Shown: positions 12,897 through 26,130 of the stretch, one piece after another | Numbering within the stretch: the first letter of the stretch is position 1 | Layout: each line of letters opens with the position of its first letter | Assembly (NCBI RefSeq): GCF_006345805.1 | Contig: NC_043009.1 | Coordinates: 30,566,001-30,630,000, forward strand | Origin: Octopus sinensis | Taxonomy: Eukaryota | Direction: 5' to 3' | DNA length: 64,000 bases | The notes under the pieces: generated by a model | The model's input: the letters and a program-made list of their open reading frames with translations, nothing else | Databases searched by the model: none | Told to the model about the DNA's origin: nothing | Translations under genes and position numbers: made by a program

Positions 12897-13173
12897 ATTT
12901 CTTTATTACCCACAAGGGGCTAAACATAGAGGGGACAAACATGGACAGACATAGGTATTAAGTCGATTATATCGACCCCAGTGCTTAACTGGTACTTAAT
13001 TTATCGACCCCGAAAGGATGAAAGGCAAAGTCGACCTCGACGGAATTTGAACTCACAACGTAACGGCAGCCGAAATACTGCTAAGCATTTCGCCCGACGT
13101 GCTAACGATTCTGCTAGCTCGCCGCCTTATAATGAATTATTAGTATATTATTTTTATATTAAATTATTATATC
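12897..13173 (-). mobile_element. tRNA-derived SINE with 16-bp target-site duplication
   Basis: Same family as 57838-58055 and 62823-63054. Flanked by aaaattattagtacct at 12881-12896 and 13174-13189. Confidence 0.85.
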
Positions 13174-13235
13174 AAAATTATTAGTACCTGTGTTTCAAAG
13201 GATCGGTGTCACGCTTAATCTCCCCGAGAACTACG

Positions 13236-13440
13236 TGCTCTGTGTTGTTTCTTTCAATTAATTTTGAATATAACAAAGAATTTAGTAAAATAAATTAGTT
13301 ATTATTTAAGCTAGTGTTAGAAACATCAATTGTGACTAAGGTTTGTTTAGTGGAAGATTTTAATTCAAAACTTATGAAACATGACATTTGTACTACAGAG
13401 CCAAAGGCGGTTTCAACCGGGTTGGTATCGAAAGGGTTAA
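13236..13440. mobile_element. piggyBac-type MITE remnant ending AAAGGG-TTAA
   Basis: Inserted where the host SINE reads gagaactacg-TTAA-ggg (compare 19425-19445). The left end is missing. Confidence 0.55.
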
Positions 13441-15680
13441 GGGCACGCCTGCATGTAGTGTGCTTAGTCACCTACACGTTAATTTCACGAGCAAGCTATT
13501 TTGTCCATCGAATCAACTGAATCGCATGTTGTCGTAACCGACGCAGTGTTCGTTATATACTAATGAGAAAAATCCTCAGTGTTTATTCAATTGACTTTCA
13601 TTCTGTGACTATGCTTCTGATCGTTGTTACTGTTCCGTGTCTGTCTTTTATCATGTATGTCTGTTGTTTACGGAGATTACGAAGGTTTTAGAGCATTTTT
13701 ATCCTTGTGCAGACTTGAAAATTTTTTTTTGTAAATCATCATATCTCATCTGGTCAAATTGACGTTATTAGATCAATACAACGAATACAGGAAAGAACTA
13801 TTGTTGCGTTCACAGCATTTGGAGGCTTAACAACTAGTAGCCATTTTGAATTTGCTTCAAACCCATCAAACCCCTCCCGATACGGGATGAAATTGGTTCG
13901 TCCTAAGTGCTCACATAGTTGTAAATCATATGGAGCGAGTTAATCTATTATAAAAATGTATGTATGTATGTATGTATGCTAAAAACTTCATGTTGACTTG
14001 ATCTGCAAGTTTCGATTGACAGGTTATTGAACTAACCCCATTTAACAGTAATTTTCAATAACTTAAATTGAGTCACCCTAAGCACAAAATGTTTTGATGT
14101 TACTTTTAAGCTTGCTGCAAAGTAGTAGCCTCAGTTTTACATACACGCATAGACAGACAAACAGACAGATAGATAGATAATATAAATGACAGTATGTATA
14201 GATATCATAACACTTGTAACATTAGTTCAGAAGCAAGTGAAATTTATATATAAAGTGTTACTAGCACGTTACAATCAAACGAATGTCTCTCAAGTATACA
14301 CCTTGTACAGATATTTTAAAGACTTGTTACTGAATGAAATTACGCGTAGAAGCAGAATACGTAACTGAAGCATAGTTACAAGGTAATGTTAAAATATGTA
14401 CACTTTTGTGTCTTATAGAGTTGACCTCGATTCTTCAGATTTTTCCTAATTATGTATATTTGTTATTTTTATTTCTGAATAACCTGTCGTTCTATGAAAG
14501 AATAACGCTCTTTGGCTTTTACGCAAACTATTGTTTTCTTTGCCCAATTTAAATCGCAGATCATGTGTTGTCCAAAACGTCCAATTAGCAGTTTACGTGT
14601 CAAAGATCATCATAACGGTACTACTGTTTATTGACAAGTAATATTTTCTGGACTCTTTCTCGGAGTTCTATTTTGCTGATATAACAACAAATCAAATGCG
14701 TAAACGAATATTATGTATTGTGAAAATCTACTGTTTCTCAATAATATTTGTTTCCTATTTCACTGGAACCGCTCTGTAAAATGTGGGGTAAAAATACGTT
14801 GATTACTTTGTTTTCTTCAGCTTATAGTTCTTAAAGAAATGTTATTTTCAAGTATAAGAATGGAGAGACTTTGGCTAATTTTTACAGTTAAATAACTAGT
14901 CTGGTATAGCACTTATAACACCAATCATAATGCAAAAGTCGACGATGATGATGATGATAAGGAGGAGGTGGAGGAGGAAGGGGATGACGACAACGGCGGC
15001 GGCGGTGGTGGTGGTGGTGGATGTGATGATGATGATGATGATGATGAAGTGTTGCTTAGGAGTTTAGTTTTTAGTTGCCCGTCTTCAAAATTGAAGCTTA
15101 TACAGAAATTATTTTAAAAGATCTGAAAAACGGTTTGGTGATGTGTTTTCTACTCATCACGTTTTATATTTGTAGTTCTTTCATCTAACAGTATCTTGCT
15201 TCCCGAACGACCAACGATTTGTGATTCATATGGCAGTAGTATACCGAAATGATGTATTCTTAGTGATTCATTCTAGTTTGAATGGTTCGTGATTCTGAGA
15301 TACTAGTCTGCATTTCGATTAAATCTATAAATTGTGGTTCTCACTCGGATACCCTGATGTTTGTTAAATGATTCTTTTTGTTGCTAATTACTTTTCAGAT
15401 GCACCGCGATATAAACTAACTATTATTGACAGTTAAAAATCGTAATGACATATTTGGTACGTCTCACTTGAATACAGAAGAAAAAACGAAACGTTTTTGT
15501 CAAATATAAATTTTCTTTTACCGGACGCCTGATGGCTTAGAACTTTTATAAATTTAAGCACAGATACATGAAGCATTCAAGCAAAAATCCCTGTGACATT
15601 AAGGATTTAAAATCTTAACATAAACTTTAGTAAAAGTCACATGCATGACATAAGTCATGATCGATGAAAATCCATGTAAA

Positions 15681-16246
15681 TACGAGGGTGACTTAAAAAT
15701 AATATCATTTTGTTTAGGACAAGTATAATTACCAACGCAGGAATATGTCTCATACATCAAAATGAAGCTGGTCCTCTATGGATCACATCCTTACTTTTCA
15801 ACATAGTCACTGTTTCTCTCAATAGCAACGTTCCACTTTCAAATGAGAGCATGAATCCCTGCTCCATAAAATTTTGTTGACAGTTCTTTGAGCCACTTCT
15901 TCACTACAGTTTTCACTTCCTCGTCATTAGAATAATGTTTGCCTTCCAAACCTTCTTTCGTGGCGCCGAAGCGATGATAGTCTGAAGGCGCTAAATCTGG
16001 TGAGTGTGGAGGTAATGAAGAAGTGGCTCAAAGAACAGTCAACAGAATTTTACGGGACAGGGATACATGCTCTCATTCGAGGGTTGAACATTGCTATTGA
16101 GAGAAACGGTGACTATGTTGAGAAGTAAGGATGTGATCCACAGAGGATCAGCGACCAGCTTCATGTTGATGTATGATACATGTTCCTGTGTTGGTAATTA
16201 TACCTGTCCTAAACAAAATGGCGTTATTTTTTGACTCACCCTCGTA
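15681..16246. mobile_element. Mariner-derived fold-back made of two transposase 3' ends
   Basis: Termini TA-CGAGGGTGA..TCACCCTCG-TA. The left arm (-) encodes PPHSPDLAPSDY..GKHYSNDEEVKTVVKKWLK..AIERNSDYVEK; the right arm (+) encodes KKWLKEQSTEFY..IERNGDYVEK. Confidence 0.9.
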
Positions 16247-16480
16247 TTATCTTAAATTATATAAAGACTACGAAATGTTCAAATACGCTGTTCGAAAGGA
16301 TTCAATCGACCAAAAACTAGAAAAATGTGTCCAGCATATTCCAAATAATACTAATGTTCGCAGTAGCAATTTGTCATAGAAAGAATTTGGTAGGTCAAAA
16401 TAAAATTCATAATACTTTTGACTGTATATGTGTATATATTTGTACGTTTGAGTGTTTGTATGTGTGTATTTATATGTATA

Positions 16481-16511
<31 letters not shown>

Positions 16512-16793
16512 CACACACACACATCACACAATATAAGTATTGCATAACTATGATTCACTGTTTCACCAAACATTTTATAAAAAGCAAGTCTTTGATTCTT
16601 ACAAATTAAGTTCCTTTGATCTACTCAATTACCTTCCATATTATAATAGTTAGTTTGAAATTACTTTTGAAAATTTCAGTTTTCATTTATTTTTATAGCT
16701 GATTTTATTCTCCATTCCTCTTGTTTTTGTTAAATAATTTACTGATTCATTTATTATTATTACTAATGTTGATTATACTTACTAAATAGCTGC

Positions 16794-16810
16794 TATTATT
16801 ATTATTATTA

Positions 16811-16868
<58 letters not shown>

Positions 16869-16885
16869 TACTATTATTATTAATG
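16794..16885. repeat. (ATT)n microsatellite
   Basis: Directly visible. Confidence 0.95.
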
Positions 16886-17504
16886 ATATATCGCAGTTGT
16901 TTCTGTTGTGCTTGTTGTCATTATTACTTATTATAGCTCTCTCATAAGTTTTCGATCCTGCTTTTGTTGTTTTCGTTTTTGTTGTTATCGTTGATGCTGC
17001 TGTCAACATTGTTGCTATTATTACTCTTAATATTGCGGTTGTTGTCATCATTTCCACATATTTCGTGTTGCATATTAAAAGAAACTTGCATCGCCAATTT
17101 ATCAAATGTATGTTTGGTGTTTGCTTTTTAATAAATTTAATCTTACAAACTCCAACTACTTCCTCTTTTTTCTTTTGTGTCTGTCCAATGTGTAAATTGA
17201 GCAAACAAAGTAACATCTCCATATGAAACATGTAAACATAAATCAATGAAGCTATTGATATTAGCTTTGGAAATACAGTTTATATTGGTTGTTTACATTT
17301 CTTCTTCAACATATCTTCTCTTATTCTGTTTACATGCGTTGAAACTATGAAATACTATTTACTGTTTATTTCTACTCAGTAACAGTAACTACACAAAAAT
17401 CCGTATTTGTCTGAGATATTTTGGGATGTAATATAAAGAACAGTGTGCCTCATAACATGTAATTCGTCGGAATGCAGCATCAGCAGTTTAATACAACTGT
17501 TGTG

Positions 17505-17715
17505 TTTCAGGCGACGAGCGGGCAGAGTCGGTAGAACGCCGGACGAGGTGCTTAACGGGGTTTTGTCTTAAAGTTCTGGGCTCAAATTCTGTCGAGGGTT
17601 GACTTGGCCTTTCATCCTTTTGGGGTCGATAAAATAAATGCCTGTTGAACACTAGGGTCGATTTAATCGACTTCGCCTGTCTCCTAAAGTTGCTGGCCTT
17701 GTGCCGGGATTTCTA
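17505..17715 (+). mobile_element. Diverged tRNA-derived SINE
   Basis: gcctttcatccttttggggtcgataaaataa..ggtcgatttaatcgac core shared with 62823-63054. Confidence 0.8.
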
Positions 17716-18029
17716 ACTGATGTATTTGCTGTGTTTTACTTCAAATACACCAAGAAAGTTGGATTGATGCAATTCGTGTTTCAAAAATAATAAATCAGAC
17801 CCTTGCCATCCTTAAGATATATTCACAAAAACAACTGAATTGAATGCCGAATGCTTTAACACTCAGCCAACGGTGTAGAAACGGTGTCCATTACCCTTTA
17901 ATAGGACTATGAGGGTGGAAGGAAAAAAAACAATTATACCTGGGTGGAAGACGTGACTTGAATACTTGTATTGGAAGAAACGCAACTAAGTTCAACTAAG
18001 GACCAAGCGAGAGAAGACAATCAGCAATC

Positions 18030-18375
18030 ACTTAATGATACCCCTTCAGTCACGACACTGACCATGGGATTGCACCTAGAAAGTTACCCTCCCAGGCACA
18101 ACTCCGGGCATGGTTGTTTATGGAAAACCAGCAGTCGCCCATGCATACCGGCCTCCCCTCTCCACGCCAACAGTGTTATCCAAGGGAAAGGCAACAGCAG
18201 GTACAGCTTGGCACCTATGACGTCGCAACACATTTCTACAGCTGAGTGAACTGGAGCAACGTGAAATAAAGTGTCTTCCTCAAGAACACAACACGCAGCC
18301 CGGTCCGGGATTCGAGCTCACAACGCCACGATCGTAAGCTCGACACTCTAACCACTGAGCCATGCGCCTTCACAA
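18030..18375 (-). mobile_element. tRNA-derived SINE
   Basis: Head gtgaaggcgcatggctcagtggttagagtgtcg..gagctcgaatccc; body shared with 57285-57580. Confidence 0.85.
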
Positions 18376-18392
18376 TCACTTAATGAATGGTG

Positions 18393-18424
<32 letters not shown>

Positions 18425-18819
18425 ATATATATATGTTATATGTGTATGTATGTATGTATGAAAGTACGTACGGACGAATATATATATATATATATACATA
18501 TGTGTGTGTGTTCAAAGAAAAACGTACACACACATGGGTAACACATCTGCTAACTCAAAACAACACATACAAAGAATTTGTTTATCATCTTTAAAAAAGT
18601 AAATATTTCCTACCGAAACTAAGAAATTACGAGCGAGAAAATAATTTAGTGTTATGAGGTTCTTGAGTTTAATTATTATTATTACTCTTGTTGTTGATAA
18701 GGTCCATTATAGTCTGGTGTGCTCTCAGAAACATATGGTCTTTTATAAGATGCCGAGCTTTTAAATTGAAATTATGCCAGAGTTAGTGAAGTGTTAGATT
18801 TTACAGCATTATTATTGCA

Positions 18820-19040
18820 CATTAATGTTATCGCCCTCATCATAATTATCTCTGCCGTCATCACCGTCATCGCCGTCATAGTTATCTCTACCGTAATTAT
18901 CATCATCATAAACCTCATCTTCTTTGACATCATCATCGTCACCACCATGGCCACCAGGAATGATGATTGTGATGGCGGTCATAATGATGACGTTGATTAT
19001 GATAACGATGGTGATAGAGATGGTGGAGATGGTGACGATA
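18820..19040. repeat. Degenerate (CAT)n/(GAT)n low-complexity tract
   Basis: Directly visible. Similar tracts at about 11385-11545, 14940-15050, 35420-35485 and 39540-39810. Confidence 0.9.
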
Positions 19041-19170
19041 ATGAGATCGATGATAAAACTTGACATATTACTAAATACATCATATATGCTAAATACGCCA
19101 TTCCTCTATGGGTGGAGGGACGAAAATCGTTTTAATCTACCCGTGTATATATATGACTGATAGTGATGTT

Positions 19171-19556
19171 GGAGGCGCAATGGTCCAGTGGTTAGGGCAG
19201 CGGACTCGCGGTCGTAGGATTGCGGTTTCGATTCCCAGACCGGGCATTATGAGTGTTTATTGAGCGAAAACACCTAAAAGCTCCACGAGGCTCCTGCAGG
19301 GGATGGTGGTGATCCCTGCTGTACTCTTTCACCACAACTTTCTCTCACTCTTACTTCCTGTTTCTGTTGTACCTGTATTTCAAAGGGCCAGCCTTGTCAC
19401 ACTCTGTGTCACACTGAATCTCCTCGAGAACTACGTTAAGGGTACACGTGTCTGTGGAATGCTCAGCCACTTGCACGTTAATTCCACGAGCAAGCTGTTC
19501 CGTTGGTCGTATCAGCTAGGACCCTCATCGTCGTAACCGACGGAGTGCTCCTATAT
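19171..19556 (+). mobile_element. Full-length tRNA-derived SINE with 11-bp TSD
   Basis: A-box tggtccagtggttagg, B-box-like ggtttcgattccc, TSD ATAGTGATGTT at 19160-19170 and 19557-19567. Confidence 0.9.
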
Positions 19557-19711
19557 ATAGTGATGTTATCAAATCAAGAACATAAAGGTCTAATGAAACA
19601 GTTGGATAATGGATTAAATGAGGTATTTTGTTCTCTCCCGTTTATCTGAATTCAAGTTCAAATCACGCAGAAGCAGAGTTTATTTTATTACATCAATTGT
19701 ATTTTAGATAT

Positions 19712-19866
19712 TAATGCGGCTGTGCGGTAAGAAGCTTGCGTCCCAACCAAATGGTTCCGAGTTCAGTCCCACTGCGCGGCACTTTAGGCAAGCGCCTTTT
19801 ACTATAGTTGTGGGCCGACCAAAACATTGTGAATGCATTTGGTAGACGGAAACTGAAAAAAACCCG

Positions 19867-19899
<33 letters not shown>

Positions 19900-20112
19900 T
19901 GTGTGCGTGTGTGTATTTCCCATTCTCCTACCTTTTGACAACCGGTTCCGGTCTGGTTACATCCGTCCCTGTGACTTAACAATTCGGCAAAAGAAACCGA
20001 TAGAGTAAGACCAGGCTTTAAGGAAAGAAATAAGTACCAACGTCGATGCATTCAACTAAAATTTCAGGCGGTGTTCCAGCATGGCCGCAGTCAAATGACA
20101 GATACAAGTATA
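19712..20112 (+). mobile_element. Diverged SINE with internal (TA)n(TG)n tract
   Basis: Collinear with 24143-24545 and 46284-46688. Confidence 0.85.
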
Positions 20113-21224
20113 AGATCCATGATAAAAGAAGGCCAATAAAATTAATACCTTACATTAAGTAGACCAGTTCGTTTTTTCAATCCGGTTCTTCAAAGCTGGC
20201 GTGATTAGAAGTAATTTTTAATTGTTAAATGTAAATAATTGAGGAGAGTTAAAGGTGGTGCTTGGAACCTGTTCTCATATACAAAAAGGTATCTTGCTGC
20301 AACCATCCAAGAATGGATTGATGTCTAACATAATGTGAAATGAAAATCAATTTAAAATATAGGGGTTAACTTCAAATCTTGTTACAGTAAAGTATATTGT
20401 ATAGAAGTTTATGAAACAGTTAAACACTTAAGTTCCATTATTATTATTTTCAACAGGACAAGTGATCGACAAATATATATTTATACTAACAAATTTAACT
20501 GAAAGTTATGTATAGATTATTGGTGGAATAGAGAAATAAAGGAAATTTTGGTGTTTGATAGCAAGGCTCTCGGCCACCGACAGAAGTATATTCGTTTATT
20601 CGCTAGTGGATTCGAAGATTCATTGGCAAAGCGAATAACAATACATTGTAGTAATACCTCTTTAAGATCTTATTTCAGATTCTGTCGAGTGCTAATTTTG
20701 TATTCTATCCTTGTAACACTCATAGCATATATTAAACTGCTCCTATTTTCTCAGCCAAGATTAAATATGAAACATATATTTATGTAAGGAATCATTAATA
20801 TTATAATAATTCTTGTAATTACTTCTGCGGTTGATTGCAAATTCCACAAATTAATTACAGAGAAGCCTAAAGCATGGTAACATAAGAAGTGTTTAATTAA
20901 GATACACCACAATAAACATATAATAATCTTCATCAACAGAAGCTTTTAGCTATTTAATAATAACTCACAAATATTCAAAACGTCTTGAAACTTGCAAAAA
21001 AAAGATGTGAAATAACATAAGGTTTGTAAAGACAATATATATTTTGCTTGTTGTAGTTCTTTAGGAATTCACTTAAGTCGCCTAAAATTGAAGCAACTCC
21101 CCCTGAAGGTTTTTGCATAGGTTACCTGTATGCAAATACGCTAAGAATTAATTTCACGTTTTGCCAGCATTGTAGCAATTGTTTTGTTGATCCTCTTTTC
21201 GTTGTTTGCACCAGTTTAGCTCCG

Positions 21225-21304
21225 ATACATACATACACATACATATATGTATACACACACACACACATATATACACATACATAGATATATATATATATAC
21301 GCAC

Positions 21305-21339
<35 letters not shown>

Positions 21340-21475
21340 CATGAATATATATACATACATACTTGAATATATATATATACATATATATATATAATATACA
21401 TGTACATATGCATATATAACATACGTATATACGTACACATATATATATGCATACATACTTGTGTGTATATATATG

Positions 21476-21506
<31 letters not shown>

Positions 21507-21545
21507 GCATACACACTTGTGTGTATATATATATATATATAGGTT
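21225..21545. repeat. Compound (TA)n/(TACA)n microsatellite
   Basis: Directly visible. Confidence 0.95.
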
Positions 21546-21974
21546 TTACAAAGGAAAGATTGACAGTGTCTTAGTAGTCATCAAACTTTTCCTTCTAAAA
21601 GTTCCTGAATACGAGTTTTACTAAAACTATTTGCTAATCTTTCTGTTGAATGTTTAATGTTAAATAGTTTGGGTATAATAACTAGACAAAAAAGAAGAGC
21701 AAAGATTAATAACCAAATATAGGCAAGTACGCACGCATGCACACACACGCACGCACACACACGCACAAGTATACATGTAAAGTGAGGGGTTGCCTGTTTG
21801 TGTGGAAGTATGCCTACATGTATGTATGTATGGTTGCGTGTGTACGTTTGAATTTGTGTAGCTCCTAAGATTTTGGTATAACGTGTATTGATAATGTACA
21901 ATACATTGTCAAGCTTTGTGAAACAAGTGTAAGGTTGGTCAAATCCACGTTTGTGATTTGCCGCGTCAATTAGA

Positions 21975-22260
21975 ACGCGCGTGGCTTAGTGGTTACGGTA
22001 TTCAGTTCCCGATTGTAAGGTCGTGATTTCGATTCCCGGCGGTGCAATGCGTCCTTGGGCAAGACACTTTATTTTACGTTGCTCCATCCCGCTAAGCTGT
22101 ATTTCAGAGGGCTGTCTTTGTCACATTCCTTGTCACGCCGAATCACCCTGAGAAATTCATTATGTGTTACTCTTGTCTGTGGAGTACTCTGCCACTAACA
22201 CGCTAATTTCATGAGCTGGCTGTTCAGCTGATCGGATCAACTAGAATTCTCATCGACATG
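21975..22260 (+). mobile_element. Diverged tRNA-derived SINE
   Basis: gtggcttagtggttacgg..gatttcgattcccgg..gggcaagacactttatttt, body similar to 19171-19556. Confidence 0.8.
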
Positions 22261-24066
22261 TTATACTGACCTGGTTTCGACAAAGTGCGGCTCTCCAGCG
22301 TCCGAACACGGGCCTCTGAATTTAACCACGGAAATATCTTCTGTAGAAAAAACAAACAACCTCGTAAACCGTCGTATACGTGACCCACCAATGTGAGGAC
22401 ACGGTTTGAAGCAACTTGTTCCTATTGATATGCTGGGGGTTGATCCAAAACCCCCAACACAGTAAAACAGCAAAAGTTGCTGAAGTAGCGAGTAGAGAAA
22501 TAGAAGTAGCTCATTCTACAGAGGAACATAGAAGAAACTCCTTGCTCATAATATGGATGGATGGACTTACACGCACACATTTACATATAATATACGCATA
22601 TGTACATATATAAACATTCATATATTTTATTGGTGAAGAACGGGAAACAGGAAACTCGGAGTAGCAACTAAAGCTGATTCAGTTTTGAATTGATCGCATT
22701 GCACTCTACCTACCTGTATCGAGTATAATTCTCGCTCAAATGCAATTTGCACCTGAGTGAACTCCTAATCACACGTTAACACGCACACACACAGGTACAT
22801 GTTCAGAAATATACACTTCCACCTGTGTTGTTGTATATGCGCTCAAATGTATTTATGCATATGTGTAAATATGTGAGTATGATTCTACAGAGAGAGAGAC
22901 GGAGAGAGAAAGTGATAAAGAGACAGAGAGAGAAACAAGGAGTGAGAGAAAGAAAGTGATAGAAGGAGAGATTGTGAGAGTTAGAAATGAAGATAAAGGT
23001 GCATGTTCTCACACAGGTTTCTGTGTAGTTGCATGCATGTTTGATCGTATTGACAGCTAACCAAGCTGAAACGTGATTGGTCTTCTGTAGCAATATATTT
23101 GGGGAATAAAGACTGCAAGGTATGCAATGCAGCCTGACAGTCTAAACCTTTGGCAAGTGGTTGTTTCATAAAAAGAAACAAACTCCAGTAATTCTCTATT
23201 GACGTGCAGGTAATACTTATTGATAGAAACCTTCCTGTTGTGGAGCTGTGTTGCGAGACCAATGAAAACGAAAACGAAGAAACGAGCAAGAAGATAATGA
23301 GAGGAAATTTTAGAAAGGGGGAATAAAAGAAGGAAGAGGAAGAATGCTGATTAGAATGAAATGGAGAAGAAGATGGGAAAAGGAAGAGGTAACATCCGTC
23401 AGAATGATTGGATTAAGTTAAAAATAGATTATCCAACATGGCACGAGATTAATTATGTTCCGAAGAATTCCCTCGCTAGCTTCATTCTTTTCCTCTGATT
23501 TTATCTTCTCTTCAATTATTGCTTTGTTGATCACTGGTCTCTGGCCATATTTGTGCATCTCTTCATCTATCGCAAAAAGGAAAGAAAAAACGCAAACACA
23601 TACCACCGCCTTCGCATTCTCTCTTCCATATACTCTTTTCACTGACACACACTAAACTACGGACACTCTCTCTCTCTCTCTCTCTCATTCTCTCTCCCTC
23701 ACTCACACACACACTCTCTCTCACACACACACACACCCACACACATACACTACTTTCCCCCGTTTCCTCCATAAATGTGAAGATATAAAGTTACACAAAA
23801 ACGTAAACCACATTTTCAGTCATTGCTACTGTCTTCAATAGTAAGTCATCTCACGCTATGTAGCATAGAATGTAGAATTAATATTGTGTGTATATGAAAT
23901 TCCAAGATAGCACACCTATTTATACACATATGTACTCAAACCAGCACATATAAATGTTTCTGGTCTTAAAAGGATTCTATCCCTTATATATATGTAATAA
24001 TGTATCTTTCCACTTATTCTACAATATTATGTATGTATACATGCATGTGTAAGTGTGTGATTATAC

Positions 24067-24142
<76 letters not shown>

Positions 24143-24146
<4 letters not shown>

Positions 24147-24545
24147 GCGCAGGAGTGGCTGTGTGTAAGTAGCTTGCTTACCAGCCACGTGGTTCCGGGT
24201 TCTTTCCCACTGCGTGGCACCTTGACCAAGTGTCTTCTATTACAGCCTCGGGTCAACTAAAGCCTTGACAGTGGATTTGAAAGACAGAAACTGAAAGAAG
24301 CCTCTCGTATATATATATATAATATATGTTTGTGTGTCTGTGTTTGTCCCCCCCCCACCACCACCATCGCTTCACAACCAATGTTGGTGTGTTTATGCCT
24401 CGTAAGCTAGCGGTTCGGCAAAAAGACCGATAGAATAAGTACTAGGCTTACAAAGAATAAGACTTGGGGTCGATCTGTTCGACTGAATGAGGTGCTCAAG
24501 CATGGCCGCAGTCAAATGACTAAAACAGATAAAAGAATAAAAGAA
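24143..24545 (+). mobile_element. tRNA-derived SINE with internal microsatellite, inserted at (TA)n
   Basis: aggcgcaggagtggctgtgtg..gcatggccgcagtcaaatgactaaaac. Confidence 0.9.
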
Positions 24546-24905
24546 CATGTAAATGTTGAACGATATTATATGTGTTTGTGTGTATGTGTGTGTGTAGTAT
24601 CAAGATTAATAGAGAGAATAATTAAGAACTTAGAATAACGGTAAGGAGTAACTATTTATTACTGAAAAAATAAAGTACTCTTCAGGCCCTGAGTAAACTA
24701 TTTCAGTATGTATGCACGCATGCATGTATGTGTGCATATGTATGTGTGTGTGTCAATATGTGTGTATCTATGTCTCTGTCTGCGTGCGAGAGTATGCATG
24801 CATAGATGTATTGAACAAATTTTCCTTTGCCTTACTGGGCAATATACGTCTGTTTCTTGTTGATATACAAACCTTCCTCGATAGTATTTGTGTGTGTACT
24901 TTTAC

Positions 24906-24951
<46 letters not shown>

Positions 24952-24953
<2 letters not shown>

Positions 24954-25135
24954 CACTTGACCCAGACTGCCTTCTTCCAACTGTTAAACACGGAGGAGGA
25001 TCTGTGATGATCTGGGCAGCTATATCTAGGAAATCCTCTAGCCCAATGGTTTCCCTTCATGGCAGAATTAATAATCAAGACTATTTAAGCATTTTATCTT
25101 ATCAAAGTCATCCAATGGTTGCGGATCTGATCGAT
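24952..25135 (+). mobile_element. Tc1-family transposase fragment
   Basis: CLLPTVKHGGGSVMIWAAIS..LHGRINNQDYLSIL, the Tc1 KHGGGSVMVWG motif. Confidence 0.9.
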
Positions 25136-25240
25136 CAGATCAACCACAGTACGCAACTGGTACTTAGTTTATCGACCCTGGAAGCATGAAAAGCAAAGTC
25201 AACCTCGGCGGAATTTGAACTCAGAACGTAAAGACAGACG
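25136..25240 (-). mobile_element. SINE fragment
   Basis: ctggtactta..tttatcgaccc..aaagcaaagtcaacctcggcggaatttgaactcagaacgt. Confidence 0.8.
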
Positions 25241-26036
25241 ACCTTATTTTTAATATTGTTAGTATTTATACTGCAGCAAATCTATATGGTTAAGAAAATA
25301 TATTCAGAACTATCCAACGGAATATTCCTCTAATTTCTTATCTTATAAGAATTTTATTGGATTTGTATATTAATTGTTGAATAACATATTTTGAGAGCAA
25401 ACTGGTGATCTTCACCCTTTTTCTTTCCAACAACCCATTCTCCTCCAGACTAACCACTACATCAAGTCAATCCTCAGCAAGACTTCATCTCGAGAATTTC
25501 TTCGACACACCTATCTTGCGTGGAAATGTCGATATTGGAAGGTTAATTAATAGGTTCATTCCCACCGGCGAAAGACAAAATACAAAAACTGTGCTCCGTC
25601 CTCTAGATCCAGCGAGCAATTAAAATATTTCGGTTGAACGGCTTGGAAAATGTGAAAGTTTCCTTGTTTTGGTCTTGGACAGTCGATTCGCTCGAAATCG
25701 TTACATCGAAGCAATTTAGGAACTAGCTCGATTTGGCATCATAAAAATCCAACATATTTCGTTTTAAATATAGGAATTAAAATTTTCACTCATGCAATAA
25801 TATGTATTTTGGGGGTGGGGATATTTTCTTCGAAACGTTGCAGGAATATATATAATGACATTAATTCACTTCTCTAATCATTGTAAAGTATTAGAATAAG
25901 TGATTTTGCTTGTGATCCGGTGCAGATATATCCTTTTATGGAATTACTGATTCCTAAGTACAAAACGAGGGACAGCTTGAAACAAACACACATTAATTTT
26001 CATATGGATGGGTCTGTGCGTGCACGCACGTACTTC

Positions 26037-26039
<3 letters not shown>

Positions 26040-26070
<31 letters not shown>

Positions 26071-26130
26071 TGTATGTATGTATGCATGTATGTATGTATG
26101 CATGTATGTATGTATGTATGTATGTATGTA
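26040..26130. repeat. (TATG)n microsatellite
   Basis: Directly visible. Similar tracts at 26560-26665 and 33730-33780. Confidence 0.95.

Larger units (their letters stand above)
12748..13550 (+). mobile_element. Old tRNA-derived SINE interrupted by two nested insertions
   Basis: Head at 12748-12875, body at 13190-13235 and 13437-13550, collinear with the intact copy at 19171-19556. Confidence 0.7.

Noticed and set aside
13563-13689. Small ORF MRKILSVYSIDFHSVTMLLIVVTVPCLSFIMYVCCLRRLRRF with a TM-like stretch
   Set aside because: About 42 codons; T-rich DNA readily gives hydrophobic ORFs, and there is no splice or homology support.
21060-21125. IHLSRLKLKQLPLKVFA, LRR-like peptide
   Set aside because: A single short frame ending in a stop, with no other LRR exons seen.
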